From: an uncultured Planctomycetota bacterium
GTDB lineage: Bacteria; Planctomycetota; Planctomycetia; Gemmatales; Gemmataceae
Direction of reading: 5' to 3'
Assembly (NCBI GenBank): GCA_963849325.1
Contig: CAWKHF010000010.1
Location: 352,001 to 416,000, forward strand
DNA: 64,000 bases
Shown here: positions 24,653 to 35,636 of the stretch, piece after piece
Numbering within the stretch: position 1 is the stretch's first letter
Layout of the letters: every line of letters begins with the position of its first letter
The notes under the pieces: generated by a model
What the model was told of the DNA's origin: nothing
The model's input: only the letters and a program-made list of their open reading frames with translations
The model's database searches: none
Made by a program: the position numbers and the translations under genes

Positions 24653-25141
24653 GTGCATTTGCCAGCCGTCGCTGTATCGCAGACTCCGGAAGCAAAGTTC
24701 CGCGAATACCTGGCCAGCCGTCCACGTCCGCAGCGCTACACCGATCAACAGCGCGATATGGTGCGGTACATCTTCAGCCAGCACCATCATTTCGACGCCG
24801 AGCAACTCATCGACGACATGAAGGGCGCGGGCTTCCGCGTCAGCCGGGCGACCGTGTACCGGACGCTGACCAAGCTCGTCGATGCCGGCCTGCTGCGCCG
24901 GCTGGAGTTGGGGCCGCGCATGTATTACGAACATGACTACGGCTATCCGCAGCACGAACACATGCAATGCGTGCAGTGCGGCAAGATGATTGAGTTCGAG
25001 AGTTCGGCGATTGAGACGGCGATGCGCGAAGTCTGCCGCCTGCATCAGTTTCACGCCAGCGGCCACAGCTTCATCATTCGCGGGACCTGCGCCGAGTGCA
25101 ACCGCGCCCGCATGACCAAGCGTCGCCTCGACCTGGTGTAA
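24653..25141 (+). CDS. Fur-family transcriptional regulator
   Basis: HHHFDAEQL, VSRATVYRTL, HEHMQCVQCG, CAEC. Confidence 0.92.
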   Translation: MHLPAVAVSQTPEAKFREYLASRPRPQRYTDQQRDMVRYIFSQHHHFDAEQLIDDMKGAGFRVSRATVYRTLTKLVDAGLLRRLELGPRMYYEHDYGYPQHEHMQCVQCGKMIEFESSAIETAMREVCRLHQFHASGHSFIIRGTCAECNRARMTKRRLDLV

Positions 25142-25294
25142 AAAAACCAATTCACCACGGAAAACACGGAAAAAGACAAATACAAAGACAAAAAACAATC
25201 TGAACTGCGGTGTGCGGCAGCGAATTGGTTTTTTCTGTTTTTGTTTGTTTGTCTTTTTCCGTGTTTTCCGTGTTTTCCGTGGTGAATTGGTTTT
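25140..25294. repeat. Long palindromic element with CACGGAAAA units between convergent genes
   Basis: AAAACCAATTCACCACGGAAAACACGGAAAA...TTTTCCGTGTTTTCCGTGGTGAATTGGTTTT. Confidence 0.85.
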
Positions 25295-26759
25295 ACACCT
25301 TCTCGGGTACCTCGAAGCCTTTGCGATACTCGCGCGTCAGCATGGCGTCGGCCTGCTTGTCGCTGAGGAAGACTTCCTTCGTCGGTTCGACCGCCAGCTT
25401 GCGGCCGACGCGGCACTGGATGCTGGCCAGATCGACCTTGTTGTCCTTGAGGTGCTTCTCCATGCGCTCGAAGGTCTCGCCAGCGTCCTTGTCCTTGGCG
25501 AATGCCTTGGGCGTCTGTCCGAACGGCTGCTCCTGACCGAGACGATAGCTGATGTTGCCGAGGTGGCATAGGGCGCTGGACAGGTGGCCTTCGAGGATGT
25601 CGGCGTTGAGGTCCGCGACCTTGCGGCTACGGACGGCCTTGATGAAATTGCCGAAGTGATCGTCGCCGCCACCGAACTTCTTGATGACCTCGCCCTTGGG
25701 CGTGTAGGCGACGGCCCCACTGTAACTGGAGCAGACCATGTAGCCATCACTGCCGTACCAGATGTTGCCGACCTTGGCGCCGAGCAGATCCTTGGTCGGC
25801 AGGCCGCGCACCTCGAAGATCAGCTCGCAATCGCCGTAGTCGAAGACGCAAATCTGCGTGTTGGCCGTCTGTCCGTCGTCCACGTAGCCGAAGCGGCCGC
25901 CGACGCTGACGACGCCCTTGGCCAACTCGTTCTTGTTGAGGCCCCAACGTGCCTTGTCCATCTCATGGATGCCCTGGTTGCCCAGGTCGCCGTTGCCGGT
26001 GTCCCAGACCCAGTGCCAGTCGTAATGCAGGTTTTTGCGCATCAGCGGCTTCATCGGGGCCGGTCCACACCAGAGATCGTAATTGCAGGTGCGGGGTACG
26101 GGTTGAGGCCCGTCCACCTTGCCGATGCTGCCGCGCGGCTTGTAGCACAGACCACGGGCCAGTTTAATCTTGCCGAGCTTGCCTTCGTGCAGAAACGCCA
26201 TCGCTTCCTTCAGGCCGGTGCTGCTGCGGCTCTGCGTACCCGTCTGGCAGATGCGGTTGTGCTTGCGGGCGGTCTCGACAATACGCCGGCCTTCGCTGAC
26301 GTTGTGGCTGACCGGCTTCTCGACGTAGACGTCCTTGCCGTTTTGCAGCGCCCAGATGGCCGCCAGGGCGTGCCAGTGGTTGGGCGTGGCGATGCTGATG
26401 ATGTCGATGTTCTTGTCTTCGACGACCTTGCGGATGTCCTGCTCAAACTTGGGAGCCTGGCCCTGCTGTTTCTCGATCTTCTTCATGGCCGGGCCGATGA
26501 CGCCGGTGTCGGCGTCGCAGACGGTAGTAATGACGGTGTTGAGCTTGTTGTTGCCGGCGAAGGCGCTGACGTGGCTCATGCCGCGGCCGCGAACGCCGAC
26601 GACGGCCACGCGCAGCTGATCGTTGACCTGTCCCTTTTTGGCGGCGAGTGCGACAGCCTTCTCGGCGGAGCGAGCGTCCGCAGCCAATCCGGCGCCGGCG
26701 AGCGCGGCGGCGGCGAGGGCCGAATCCTGTAAAAAGTCACGCCGACTGATCGATCGCAT
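25293..26759 (-). CDS. Tat-exported Gfo/Idh/MocA oxidoreductase
   Basis: SRRDFL Tat motif; ATPNHWH, YVEKP, GDLGNQGIHEMD. Confidence 0.93.
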   Translation of the reverse strand: MRSISRRDFLQDSALAAAALAGAGLAADARSAEKAVALAAKKGQVNDQLRVAVVGVRGRGMSHVSAFAGNNKLNTVITTVCDADTGVIGPAMKKIEKQQGQAPKFEQDIRKVVEDKNIDIISIATPNHWHALAAIWALQNGKDVYVEKPVSHNVSEGRRIVETARKHNRICQTGTQSRSSTGLKEAMAFLHEGKLGKIKLARGLCYKPRGSIGKVDGPQPVPRTCNYDLWCGPAPMKPLMRKNLHYDWHWVWDTGNGDLGNQGIHEMDKARWGLNKNELAKGVVSVGGRFGYVDDGQTANTQICVFDYGDCELIFEVRGLPTKDLLGAKVGNIWYGSDGYMVCSSYSGAVAYTPKGEVIKKFGGGDDHFGNFIKAVRSRKVADLNADILEGHLSSALCHLGNISYRLGQEQPFGQTPKAFAKDKDAGETFERMEKHLKDNKVDLASIQCRVGRKLAVEPTKEVFLSDKQADAMLTREYRKGFEVPEKV

Positions 26760-26867
26760 GGAAACTTCTCCTGGAGACGGGCGTACCCGGTGGGTGGGGG
26801 ATTACTCCTCACAATGTATCCGTTTGGAGGGGTATCGGTCAATCATCTGGTGGTGGAATTGTGGAGG

Positions 26868-26918
26868 AAAAAAAACAGGGGCCCCACCGCGCCAAACGCC
26901 TGTGGGAACCCCTGTCTC
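26868..26918 (-). terminator. Intrinsic terminator on the minus strand
   Basis: ACAGGGGTTCCCAC...GTGGGGCCCCTG followed by T8. Confidence 0.75.
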
Positions 26919-27101
26919 GGTGGAGGATGCCATCGCCCGCTGGCGATCGCGTCCGGCGGCTACCGAGTCACCGCCGGAAAAGGATGACCATCTATTCTCC
27001 CAGCCGCTTGCGGCTTCGCGCTCGTCGCTGCTCGCCAAGCGCAATCGGTTGGGGACCGGCAAGCCTCCGTGCTCGAACCCTAGGTCGCAAACGCCGGGGG
27101 G

Positions 27102-27290
27102 TCAAACCCGCCCCGGCAAGGAGAAGCTCGCGTCAACTTGCTCAACCTGTTCGGCCATGACCCACAGCATGTAGGCCACGCGCTGGCGCAGGACGAGGTC
27201 GCGTCGCCGGCGCAGGTGGTAGCGGTCGCGCCACAGATAATAGAGCGTCGCCACCGCCAGGGCGGCGACATTCGCCACGATCGGTTGCAT
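27102..27290 (-). CDS. Small single-TM hypothetical protein
   Basis: Hydrophobic N-terminus, then LRQRVAYMLWVMAE. Confidence 0.6.
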   Translation of the reverse strand: MQPIVANVAALAVATLYYLWRDRYHLRRRRDLVLRQRVAYMLWVMAEQVEQVDASFSLPGRV

Positions 27291-27446
27291 GTGGATTGAG
27301 CCTGTGGAGGGGAAACCTCGTTTCTGTCCCGTTGATGCAACTGTAGCTCACGGCCCCGAAGCGAGCAAACCGTGAACACACGGTTTTTTCGGCCTTTGCT
27401 GATATTTTGGACGGGAGCAATCTTTCCGTTTTTGGGGGGACGAGCG

Positions 27447-27842
27447 ATGAAAGAGTTCGATCACGTCGGCATCGTCACCAGCGAGCCGCAGCCGGGCGAG
27501 AGTTGGGTTCCGTTCTCGCAGGTGTGGGTGACCAATCCACGCCTGCACCCGCAGCGGATCGAGTACATCCGTCCGCTACGGATGCCGCCGATTGAGACGG
27601 CGCAGGTGGGACTCTGGAAGTTGTGGCACTTGCCGCACGTGGCCTACCGCGTGGACGATCTGGAGGCGGCGATCGCCGGCGAAGAGGTGATCCTCGGGCC
27701 GTTCGAGCCAGGCGACTTTGGCCGCGTCGTCTTTGTCCACAAAGATGGGGCCGTCATCGAGTATCTGCACTACAGCACGCTGGAGTGCTGGTTTGGCCAA
27801 TCGACACCGTGGCGACCAGCCGGGCCACCGCTGCCCCTGTGA
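27447..27842 (+). CDS. VOC/glyoxalase-like protein
   Basis: FDHVGI...PHVAYRVDDLEAAI...GAVIEY. Confidence 0.7.
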   Translation: MKEFDHVGIVTSEPQPGESWVPFSQVWVTNPRLHPQRIEYIRPLRMPPIETAQVGLWKLWHLPHVAYRVDDLEAAIAGEEVILGPFEPGDFGRVVFVHKDGAVIEYLHYSTLECWFGQSTPWRPAGPPLPL

Positions 27843-27910
27843 CGCCCACGGCAGTTTACAATGATGGGGGTGCGGCCGCGGGCCGCGACGGTGTTGAACC
27901 GGATACCTTC

Positions 27911-28390
27911 ATGCTGGAACAACGGGTGCTCCTGGTGCGGCCTCGCGCGGCGTCCGCCGTGCAGATCATCGTCGATGGCGAGAGCGGCGCCCCAGTGGGT
28001 TTCGCGCGCTGGCGGAGCGAGGCGCCTCCATCCTGGTGGCATCTCTTTCGTCGGGGCGTGCTGGCCGTGCATGAGTACGAGGACGAACCCTTGCTGTTCA
28101 GCATCCGCCGCGCCTGGAGTCTGCTGCCGCGGCGCGAGGTGTGCGACGCCGAGGGGCGCCCGGTTGGTTCACTCCTGGGCCGCGTTGTCCACGACCGCTA
28201 CGGCCGACTCCTGGCCGCCTTGCATGGCGCCAACGGCGGCGGCGTTTTCCGCAGTCCCGAAGCGCGCGCCCTGGCCGATGTTGTCCCGACGGCGGACGGA
28301 CTGCGCATCTGCTTCAGCGACGACGTGGCCGGCGAACCGTTCGTCAAGATGCTGCTCCTGGCCGCTTGCCTCGTGCATCGGGATTCGTGA
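27911..28390 (+). CDS. Hypothetical protein, possibly scramblase/Tubby-C-like
   Basis: EPLLFSIRRAW..EVCDAEGRPVG; C-terminal PFVKMLLLAA helix. Confidence 0.5.
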   Translation: MLEQRVLLVRPRAASAVQIIVDGESGAPVGFARWRSEAPPSWWHLFRRGVLAVHEYEDEPLLFSIRRAWSLLPRREVCDAEGRPVGSLLGRVVHDRYGRLLAALHGANGGGVFRSPEARALADVVPTADGLRICFSDDVAGEPFVKMLLLAACLVHRDS

Positions 28391-28399
28391 ATCCTGTCC

Positions 28400-29083
28400 T
28401 CACGATTCCCGATTCCCCTCCTCGACGAGTTCGCCGAGCAGGCCGGCGAGACCTTCACTTCCCAGGGCCACGGTTTGCCCGCTGACCTCGACCTGGAACA
28501 GGTCGTCGAGCGGTTCGTGGGCGAGGAAGCGGACGGTGGCGCCCGGCGTCAGGCCCAGGGCCCGCCAGCGGCGTAGGCGTTCGGGGCTGTCGTCCTTGAC
28601 CTCGCGGATGAGGACGCGCTGACCGGCCCGGAAGGAGTGCAGGGGGAGCAGATGACGACGGGCGATGGCGCCTTCGCGGGTCGGGATGGGATGGCCGTGC
28701 GGGTCTTCGAGCGGTTCGCCGAGATGGGCGGCGATGGCCTGTTCCAGGCGCGGCGAGATGGTGTGCTCCAGCGCCTCGGCCTCGGCATCGACCTCACTCC
28801 AGTCCAGCCCGAGCACGCGCGTCAGCAACAGCTCCACCAGACGATGACGGCGAATGACGCGGCGAGCCTCGGCGATGCCGCGCGGCGTCAGCCGTGCGCC
28901 GCAGCCGGGTTCGTAGTCGATCCAGCCGCCGTCAGCCAGGCGCTTGAGCATGCCCGTCACCGACGGCGCCCGCACTTGCAGACGCGCGGCGATGGCCAAC
29001 GGCGTAACCATCTGCTCGGCACCGCCGAGGCTATGGATCGCCTTGAGGTAGTCTTGCACGGCTCGGCTGGGCTGGTCCGTCAT
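28400..29083 (-). CDS. DtxR/MntR metal-dependent regulator with FeoA domain
   Basis: QDYLKAI, PSVTGMLKRL, RRHRLVE, EAEALEH, DPHGHPIP. Confidence 0.93.
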   Translation of the reverse strand: MTDQPSRAVQDYLKAIHSLGGAEQMVTPLAIAARLQVRAPSVTGMLKRLADGGWIDYEPGCGARLTPRGIAEARRVIRRHRLVELLLTRVLGLDWSEVDAEAEALEHTISPRLEQAIAAHLGEPLEDPHGHPIPTREGAIARRHLLPLHSFRAGQRVLIREVKDDSPERLRRWRALGLTPGATVRFLAHEPLDDLFQVEVSGQTVALGSEGLAGLLGELVEEGNRES

Positions 29084-29177
29084 CCGCGTCCTCGCGCCTG
29101 TTGGGTTGAAAGACCGCCGCCGGGTTATTCTAGCGATGCCGGCTGTTCGCGGCTTGACCTCAGCGCCCATCTGGATA

Positions 29178-29296
29178 AGCCCCTCTCCCCGTGTACTCAG
29201 GGGGAGAGGGGTTGGGGGTGAGGGGGTGGATTGTCAGCCGGTTTGCCGCCCCCTCACCCCCTACCCCTCTCCCCCGAGTACGGGGGAGAGGGGGCT
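29178..29296. repeat. CCCCTCTCCCC/GGGGAGAGGGG composite palindrome
   Basis: Two hairpin units in inverted arrangement, intergenic. Confidence 0.85.
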
Positions 29297-29302
29297 AATG
29301 GC

Positions 29303-29965
29303 TCAGCGCCCGTGCAGGACTTGGTTCAACCACGTTTCCAGGGCGTAGGACAGCCACAGCGATAGTCCGAAGGCGATGCGTAGGCCGGCCTGCATGACCA
29401 CCCACCACAGGGTACTGTTGAGCATCTGGCTGGAACTGAGCAGGGCGGCGCGGACCTCGACGGCCACCATCTGCCGCGGGTTGATGTGGCCGAGCGTGAA
29501 GAAGTGTACCACCGGTGCCGTCCACGAACGCAGCCAGTATTCCGCCTGATCGAAGTATTTCTCCATCTCCGCCTGGTCGATCGCCGTCACGCTGACGACG
29601 CCCCAGACGTCGAAGGCCGTCATCGCCACGCCGCTGAGGATCACCATCGGCCACAGCGGATAGAGAGGCAGCAGTTGCGCCACCGTGAACTCGTCCGCCG
29701 GCGGCCATAGCCACTTGCTGGCCAGGTAGTTCAGGAGGAAGATCGACAACAGCAGAACCAGCGGCAGGACGGTGCCCCAGGTGAGGAAGATGTGGGCGTG
29801 GTGTTTGACCAGTTGTAGCAGGCGCGGCCAGCGATTGGGCATGCTGCGCACCAGGCCGAGGACCGTGCCGTACTGGCGCAAGCGGACCCAGGTGCTGAGC
29901 AGGAACATCACGGCCAGATAGAAACCGAAGAAGCGGATGAGCCGCAGTTCGAGCAGCCAGGACAT
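29303..29965 (-). CDS. Hypothetical integral membrane protein (~4 TM)
   Basis: Hydrophobic segments; typical GC-rich codon use. Confidence 0.7.
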   Translation of the reverse strand: MSWLLELRLIRFFGFYLAVMFLLSTWVRLRQYGTVLGLVRSMPNRWPRLLQLVKHHAHIFLTWGTVLPLVLLLSIFLLNYLASKWLWPPADEFTVAQLLPLYPLWPMVILSGVAMTAFDVWGVVSVTAIDQAEMEKYFDQAEYWLRSWTAPVVHFFTLGHINPRQMVAVEVRAALLSSSQMLNSTLWWVVMQAGLRIAFGLSLWLSYALETWLNQVLHGR

Positions 29966-30085
29966 GACAGGCTCGGCGCTTGGGTCTTGGATCGGGGACG
30001 AGTCCGGGTTCGCACTCAACGGCACCACCATACCCGCGGACGTTGCGCCGTGTCCAGACGAGGCGTGCGGGCATACCTTCGTGTT

Positions 30086-30129
30086 TAGCCGCGATGCGGA
30101 GCGGAGCGTGTCGCTCCGCATCGCGGCTA
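30086..30129. repeat. REP-like palindrome TAGCCGCGATGCGGAGCG (half copy at 59449-59470)
   Basis: TAGCCGCGATGCGGAGCG..CGCTCCGCATCGCGGCTA. Confidence 0.8.
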
Positions 30130-30145
30130 CTCCAAGAGTTGTCTC

Positions 30146-31410
30146 ATGACGTCATTGATGACACCGCCCGGATCGACGTGGACGTTGGCGACCCGCTGGG
30201 TCTTGCCGGTGAGCGGCCCGCCGTTGGCCCGTGGCGTCATCACCATCGCCGGCGAGCGCATCGTCGCGGTCGAGCCGCGCCGACGGCGACGGCCCGACAT
30301 GGACCTCGGTGACGTCGCCGTGCTGCCCGGATTGGTCAACGCCCACACGCATCTGGACCTGACAGGCCTGCGCGGTCGCTGTGCGCCAACGGCCGACTTC
30401 ACGAGTTGGCTGCGACAGGTGATCGTCCATCGGCGCGGCAGTACGCCGGCCCAAATCGAGGCCGACATCCGCACCGGCCTGGCTGAGAGCTTACGGCACG
30501 GGACGACGCTGCTGGCCGACATCTCAGCGGGCGGAGCGAGTTGGCCGATCCTGGCCGACGCGCCGCTCCGCAGCGTGGTCTTGTACGAATTGCTTGGCTT
30601 GACGCCGGCTCGCGCGGAGGAATCCCTGGCGGCCGCCGGTGCCTGGCTCGTTGCTCATCCGGCGCGGAAGAACTGCCGGCCGGGGCTGAGTCCACACGCC
30701 GCCGTACAGCGTGCGCCACGACCTGTTCGTCGAGGCGACGCAGCTGGCCCGCGATTTCCGATGTCCTCTGGCCGTCCACCTGGCCGAGAGCCGCGACGAA
30801 TTAAGGCTGCTGTACCGTCGCCGCGGCCCATTCGTTGCGTTTCTTAAAGAGCTGGGCGTGTGGGACGCCGGCGGACTGGTGCGGAGTCCGGCCGACGTAC
30901 TCGCTCTCTGCAACACGGGGACACGTTCCTTGTACGTCCACGGCAATTACCTGCACCCCACGCATGCGCGTGCCCGCCGACAGTACGGTCGTCTACTGCC
31001 CGCGCACCCACGCCGCCTTCGGACACCGGCCGCACCCACTGCCGTGGCTGCTGGAGCGCGGCGTCCGCGTCGCCCTGGGCACCGACAGCCTCGCCTCCAA
31101 CCCCGACCTCAGTGTTCTGGCGGAGGTACGATTTTTGCATCAACACCGCCCCGATGTGCCCGGCGACGTCCTGCTGCGCTTGGCCACCCTCAACGGCGCC
31201 GAGGCGCTGGGATGGGCGGAAGAGACCGGCAGCCTCGAAGCCGGCAAGTCGGCCGACCTCGTGGTGGTGCCGCTCGCTCCGGGAGAGCGGCGCGATCCCT
31301 ATGAGCGCCTTCTCGCCTCCGATTTGCCCGTGGAGCGAGTGCTATGTCGTGGTCAGTGGGTCCAATCCCTGGTTTCACCGCGACGCCGAGCGCGTCGTGG
31401 AGAAACTTGA
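30146..31410 (+). CDS. Amidohydrolase (deaminase-like); frameshifts ~30700 and ~30970
   Basis: PGLVNAHTH, SPHA, HLAES, ALGTDSLASN, GSLEAGKSADLVV. Confidence 0.88.
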
Positions 31411-31483
31411 ATTCGGGGACGCAAAATCCTACCTCTAACCGTACCAGCAACCTGGTGATGAACATCGAGAAGGGTGATCCGCA

Positions 31484-33071
<1,588 letters not shown>

Positions 33072-33337
33072 CAATTGGGGACCGGAAGAGCTTTCGCTTG
33101 ACCGAGAAATGCCGAGAGCTTGAGATAGGGGGGGAGGATGCGCCGGCACGCCCTAAGAACGAGTTCGGCGGATGAGCGAGAGATCGACGCAGAGGCCCAC
33201 CTAACTTTTCCTGCATAAAGATGACTAACCGACCCCTTGCCATACCGCGGATGGGGTTCGGATTGGCGAGGCGGATTGGCGGGTGTAGGATAGCTTCAAG
33301 GCCTACTACCCGACATCTTCGGATCGGAGATTGAAAC

Positions 33338-33622
33338 ATGCCGGCGCTTTCAACTAAAGAAGCCACGGAGAGGCTCGCGAAAGTTGTGGAAATGGCCAAG
33401 CAGAGCACGCTTGGGGAGGTCTATGCCGAACTCTTCCCAGAAGCGCCTGCGTCACCTCTTCCAAGCGCTGGGGACATGGCTCGATACATCCGCGACGGGC
33501 TAGAGGCAGAAGAGATTGTCGATCTTTGGAACGTCGTGTTCCCCGGAGACCGCAACGTCCGTTACGATGAAGAAGCGAAGGAGGTTCGCTACAACGAAGA
33601 CATGGTAGGATCCTCCGACTGA
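33338..33622 (+). CDS. Small acidic hypothetical protein
   Basis: GGAG RBS, 94 aa, co-oriented with the HEPN gene. Confidence 0.6.
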   Translation: MPALSTKEATERLAKVVEMAKQSTLGEVYAELFPEAPASPLPSAGDMARYIRDGLEAEEIVDLWNVVFPGDRNVRYDEEAKEVRYNEDMVGSSD

Positions 33623-33647
33623 CGGCGGGTGCTGCCCGATCTCTAGT

Positions 33648-34433
33648 TTGGTGACTGCCGTGCCTGCCACCGCCCTTCAGCACTTCCAAGAAGACATCGC
33701 AAGAGCTAAAGCGATCATCGATCACGCCGACCCGCTTCCGCGTGCCAATGCCGCCGAGCAACTGCTCCGCTCCGATTTCCTGCGCAGCGCCTGGATGTTC
33801 GCTGTCGGAGCGATGGACGCTTACTTCTGCGATGCCTACACGGACATTGTTGCCGCCACAGCGAACTCGAAGAGTCGGCAGCCGGCAATCATCCTCCCGG
33901 AGTGGGTCTACGACATCAAGTTCCCGATCCGGGCAATCCTGGAGGAATACGACAACGCGAACTGGCGATGGCGGATGGCGGCCCGCAAGATGATGGAGCG
34001 TGAGAACGTCATCAGTCTGTCGGCCGTCCAGACGCTGTTCAACAAGTTCTTCCGCAGGGGTCACAAGTTCTTTCGCGACCTCTTTGACGCCTGGATCTCC
34101 CGGCCCGATTCGAAGATCCGTCTCTTCGGCGTCTCGCGGGCGGACTACGTGGCGATGACCGATGCGGACAAGCACAACACGCGAGAGAACGCGAACGACC
34201 AGTTCGAGGACCGTTTCCGGGCAATCTTCCAACGACGACACGACTGCATCCACAATTGCGACCGACCGAGGATGTCGCCACAGCCACTCGACAAGGGCGG
34301 TACCGTGCGGAAGGTCATCCAAGACATCGAGTTCCTCGTGAACCGGTGCGACGAACACATTGCCACCGATTTCCGTCAATTCCTCGTCGGCGTCGGTTGC
34401 TCGGTGGCGACCATCGCGCAGGCAGGTTACTAA
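33648..34433 (+). CDS. HEPN-domain protein (RiboL-PSP-HEPN-like), putative RNase
   Basis: DFLRSAWMFAVGAMDAYF helix and RRHDCIH (Rx4-6H) motif. Confidence 0.72.
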   Translation: MVTAVPATALQHFQEDIARAKAIIDHADPLPRANAAEQLLRSDFLRSAWMFAVGAMDAYFCDAYTDIVAATANSKSRQPAIILPEWVYDIKFPIRAILEEYDNANWRWRMAARKMMERENVISLSAVQTLFNKFFRRGHKFFRDLFDAWISRPDSKIRLFGVSRADYVAMTDADKHNTRENANDQFEDRFRAIFQRRHDCIHNCDRPRMSPQPLDKGGTVRKVIQDIEFLVNRCDEHIATDFRQFLVGVGCSVATIAQAGY

Positions 34434-34517
34434 GAAGCGGACGGCGGGCGCCCCGTTCCCATCGAACCAACCGTTGCACCTGACTCGTGGGGCACGACGG
34501 CTTCGGTGGCAAACAGC

Positions 34518-35578
34518 TCACCGATCCAACGTGGAACGAAACAGCAGAAAATCGACACAGCCGGCGACGAGATGCTGCACGAGGTTGTAGAAGATGATGG
34601 GGAGCATTACGCGCGGGTGGTCGGCCAGCGCCATCGTCGCTAGTACCAGACCGGTGCCGTTGTTGTTCATACCCAGCCCGAACATCAGGCTCGTCCGCCG
34701 CGCCGCGTCGCGCGGAAGAGTAGGGCCAGCACGTAGCCGGCGCCGAAGGCGAACATGCACAGGCCGCAGACGACGATCAGGATCACCACTACGAAATCGG
34801 GGTCGGGGTTGGCAATCGACTCCGGCAGCGATACCGAGGCGTTGGAGTAATTGAGCACCAGCAGGTTCAAGGAGTTGAGCAGCTTCAGCGTCGGTTTGGC
34901 TCGGGCGACGCGCTCGCCGCCGACGGCGGCGCGAGTCAGCATACCGAGGGCCGACGGCAGGATCACGCATAAGGCCAGGAAACCGCCTGTGGTGCCGGAG
35001 GCCGCCAACTCGTGCAAGTCTTCCGAATAGTCGCCCGTCGTCATCAGGCCAACCGAGTGCAGGGCCAACGGCGTCGTCAGCGGACTGAGCAAGGTCGAGA
35101 ACAGCACCAGGCCGAGGCTCAGGCTCAGGTCGCCGTTGGCGTTCTGCGTCCACGCCGTCGAGGAGCCGGCAATCGGCATCGACGCCACCAGGGCCAGGCC
35201 GACCAGGATGTTTTGCACCTCGTCGGAGTTGTGCCAAAAGCGCAGGCTCTGCGATACGCCATAGATGTAGGCGATGGGCAGCAGCAGGTTGGCGGCCAGG
35301 CCGGCGACGAGCATCCACGGCCGGCGCAGCAGGTGACGCAACTGCGCCGTCTGCACGCCCAGCCCGGCGTTGAGCAATAGAAGCGCCAGCAGCAGCATCG
35401 GCAGCGACACCGTCAGCGTTTCGCCGAACAGGTTGATCCGGCCGAGCGAAACGTTCTTGATGCCGATGCCTGCGGCCGGGGAGACGGCGGCGACGACGTA
35501 GGAACCCAAGAGGAACCAGATGAAGTTCCGGTGCAGGAAGTGGGAAAAGCGGACGAGCGGTTGTCCCGGATTATCCAT
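34518..35578 (-). CDS. Bile acid:Na+ symporter (BASS) family; frameshift ~34720
   Basis: MPIAGSSTAW..GDLSLSLGL; GMNNNGTGLVLA. Confidence 0.88.
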
Positions 35579-35636
35579 GTGCGACCTCTTGCCAGCTCGT
35601 CGTCTCTTGTCATCCTATTCACGGGGATCGGCAGAG

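Noticed and set aside
25140-25294. CRISPR-like repeats
   Set aside because: 9-bp tandem units in an inverted arrangement, no repeat-spacer periodicity, no cas genes
26920-26945. Fluoride riboswitch (GGCGATGG on the minus strand)
   Set aside because: Lacks the matching TCGCC pairing strand and the downstream GCTGATGAC element; downstream gene unrelated
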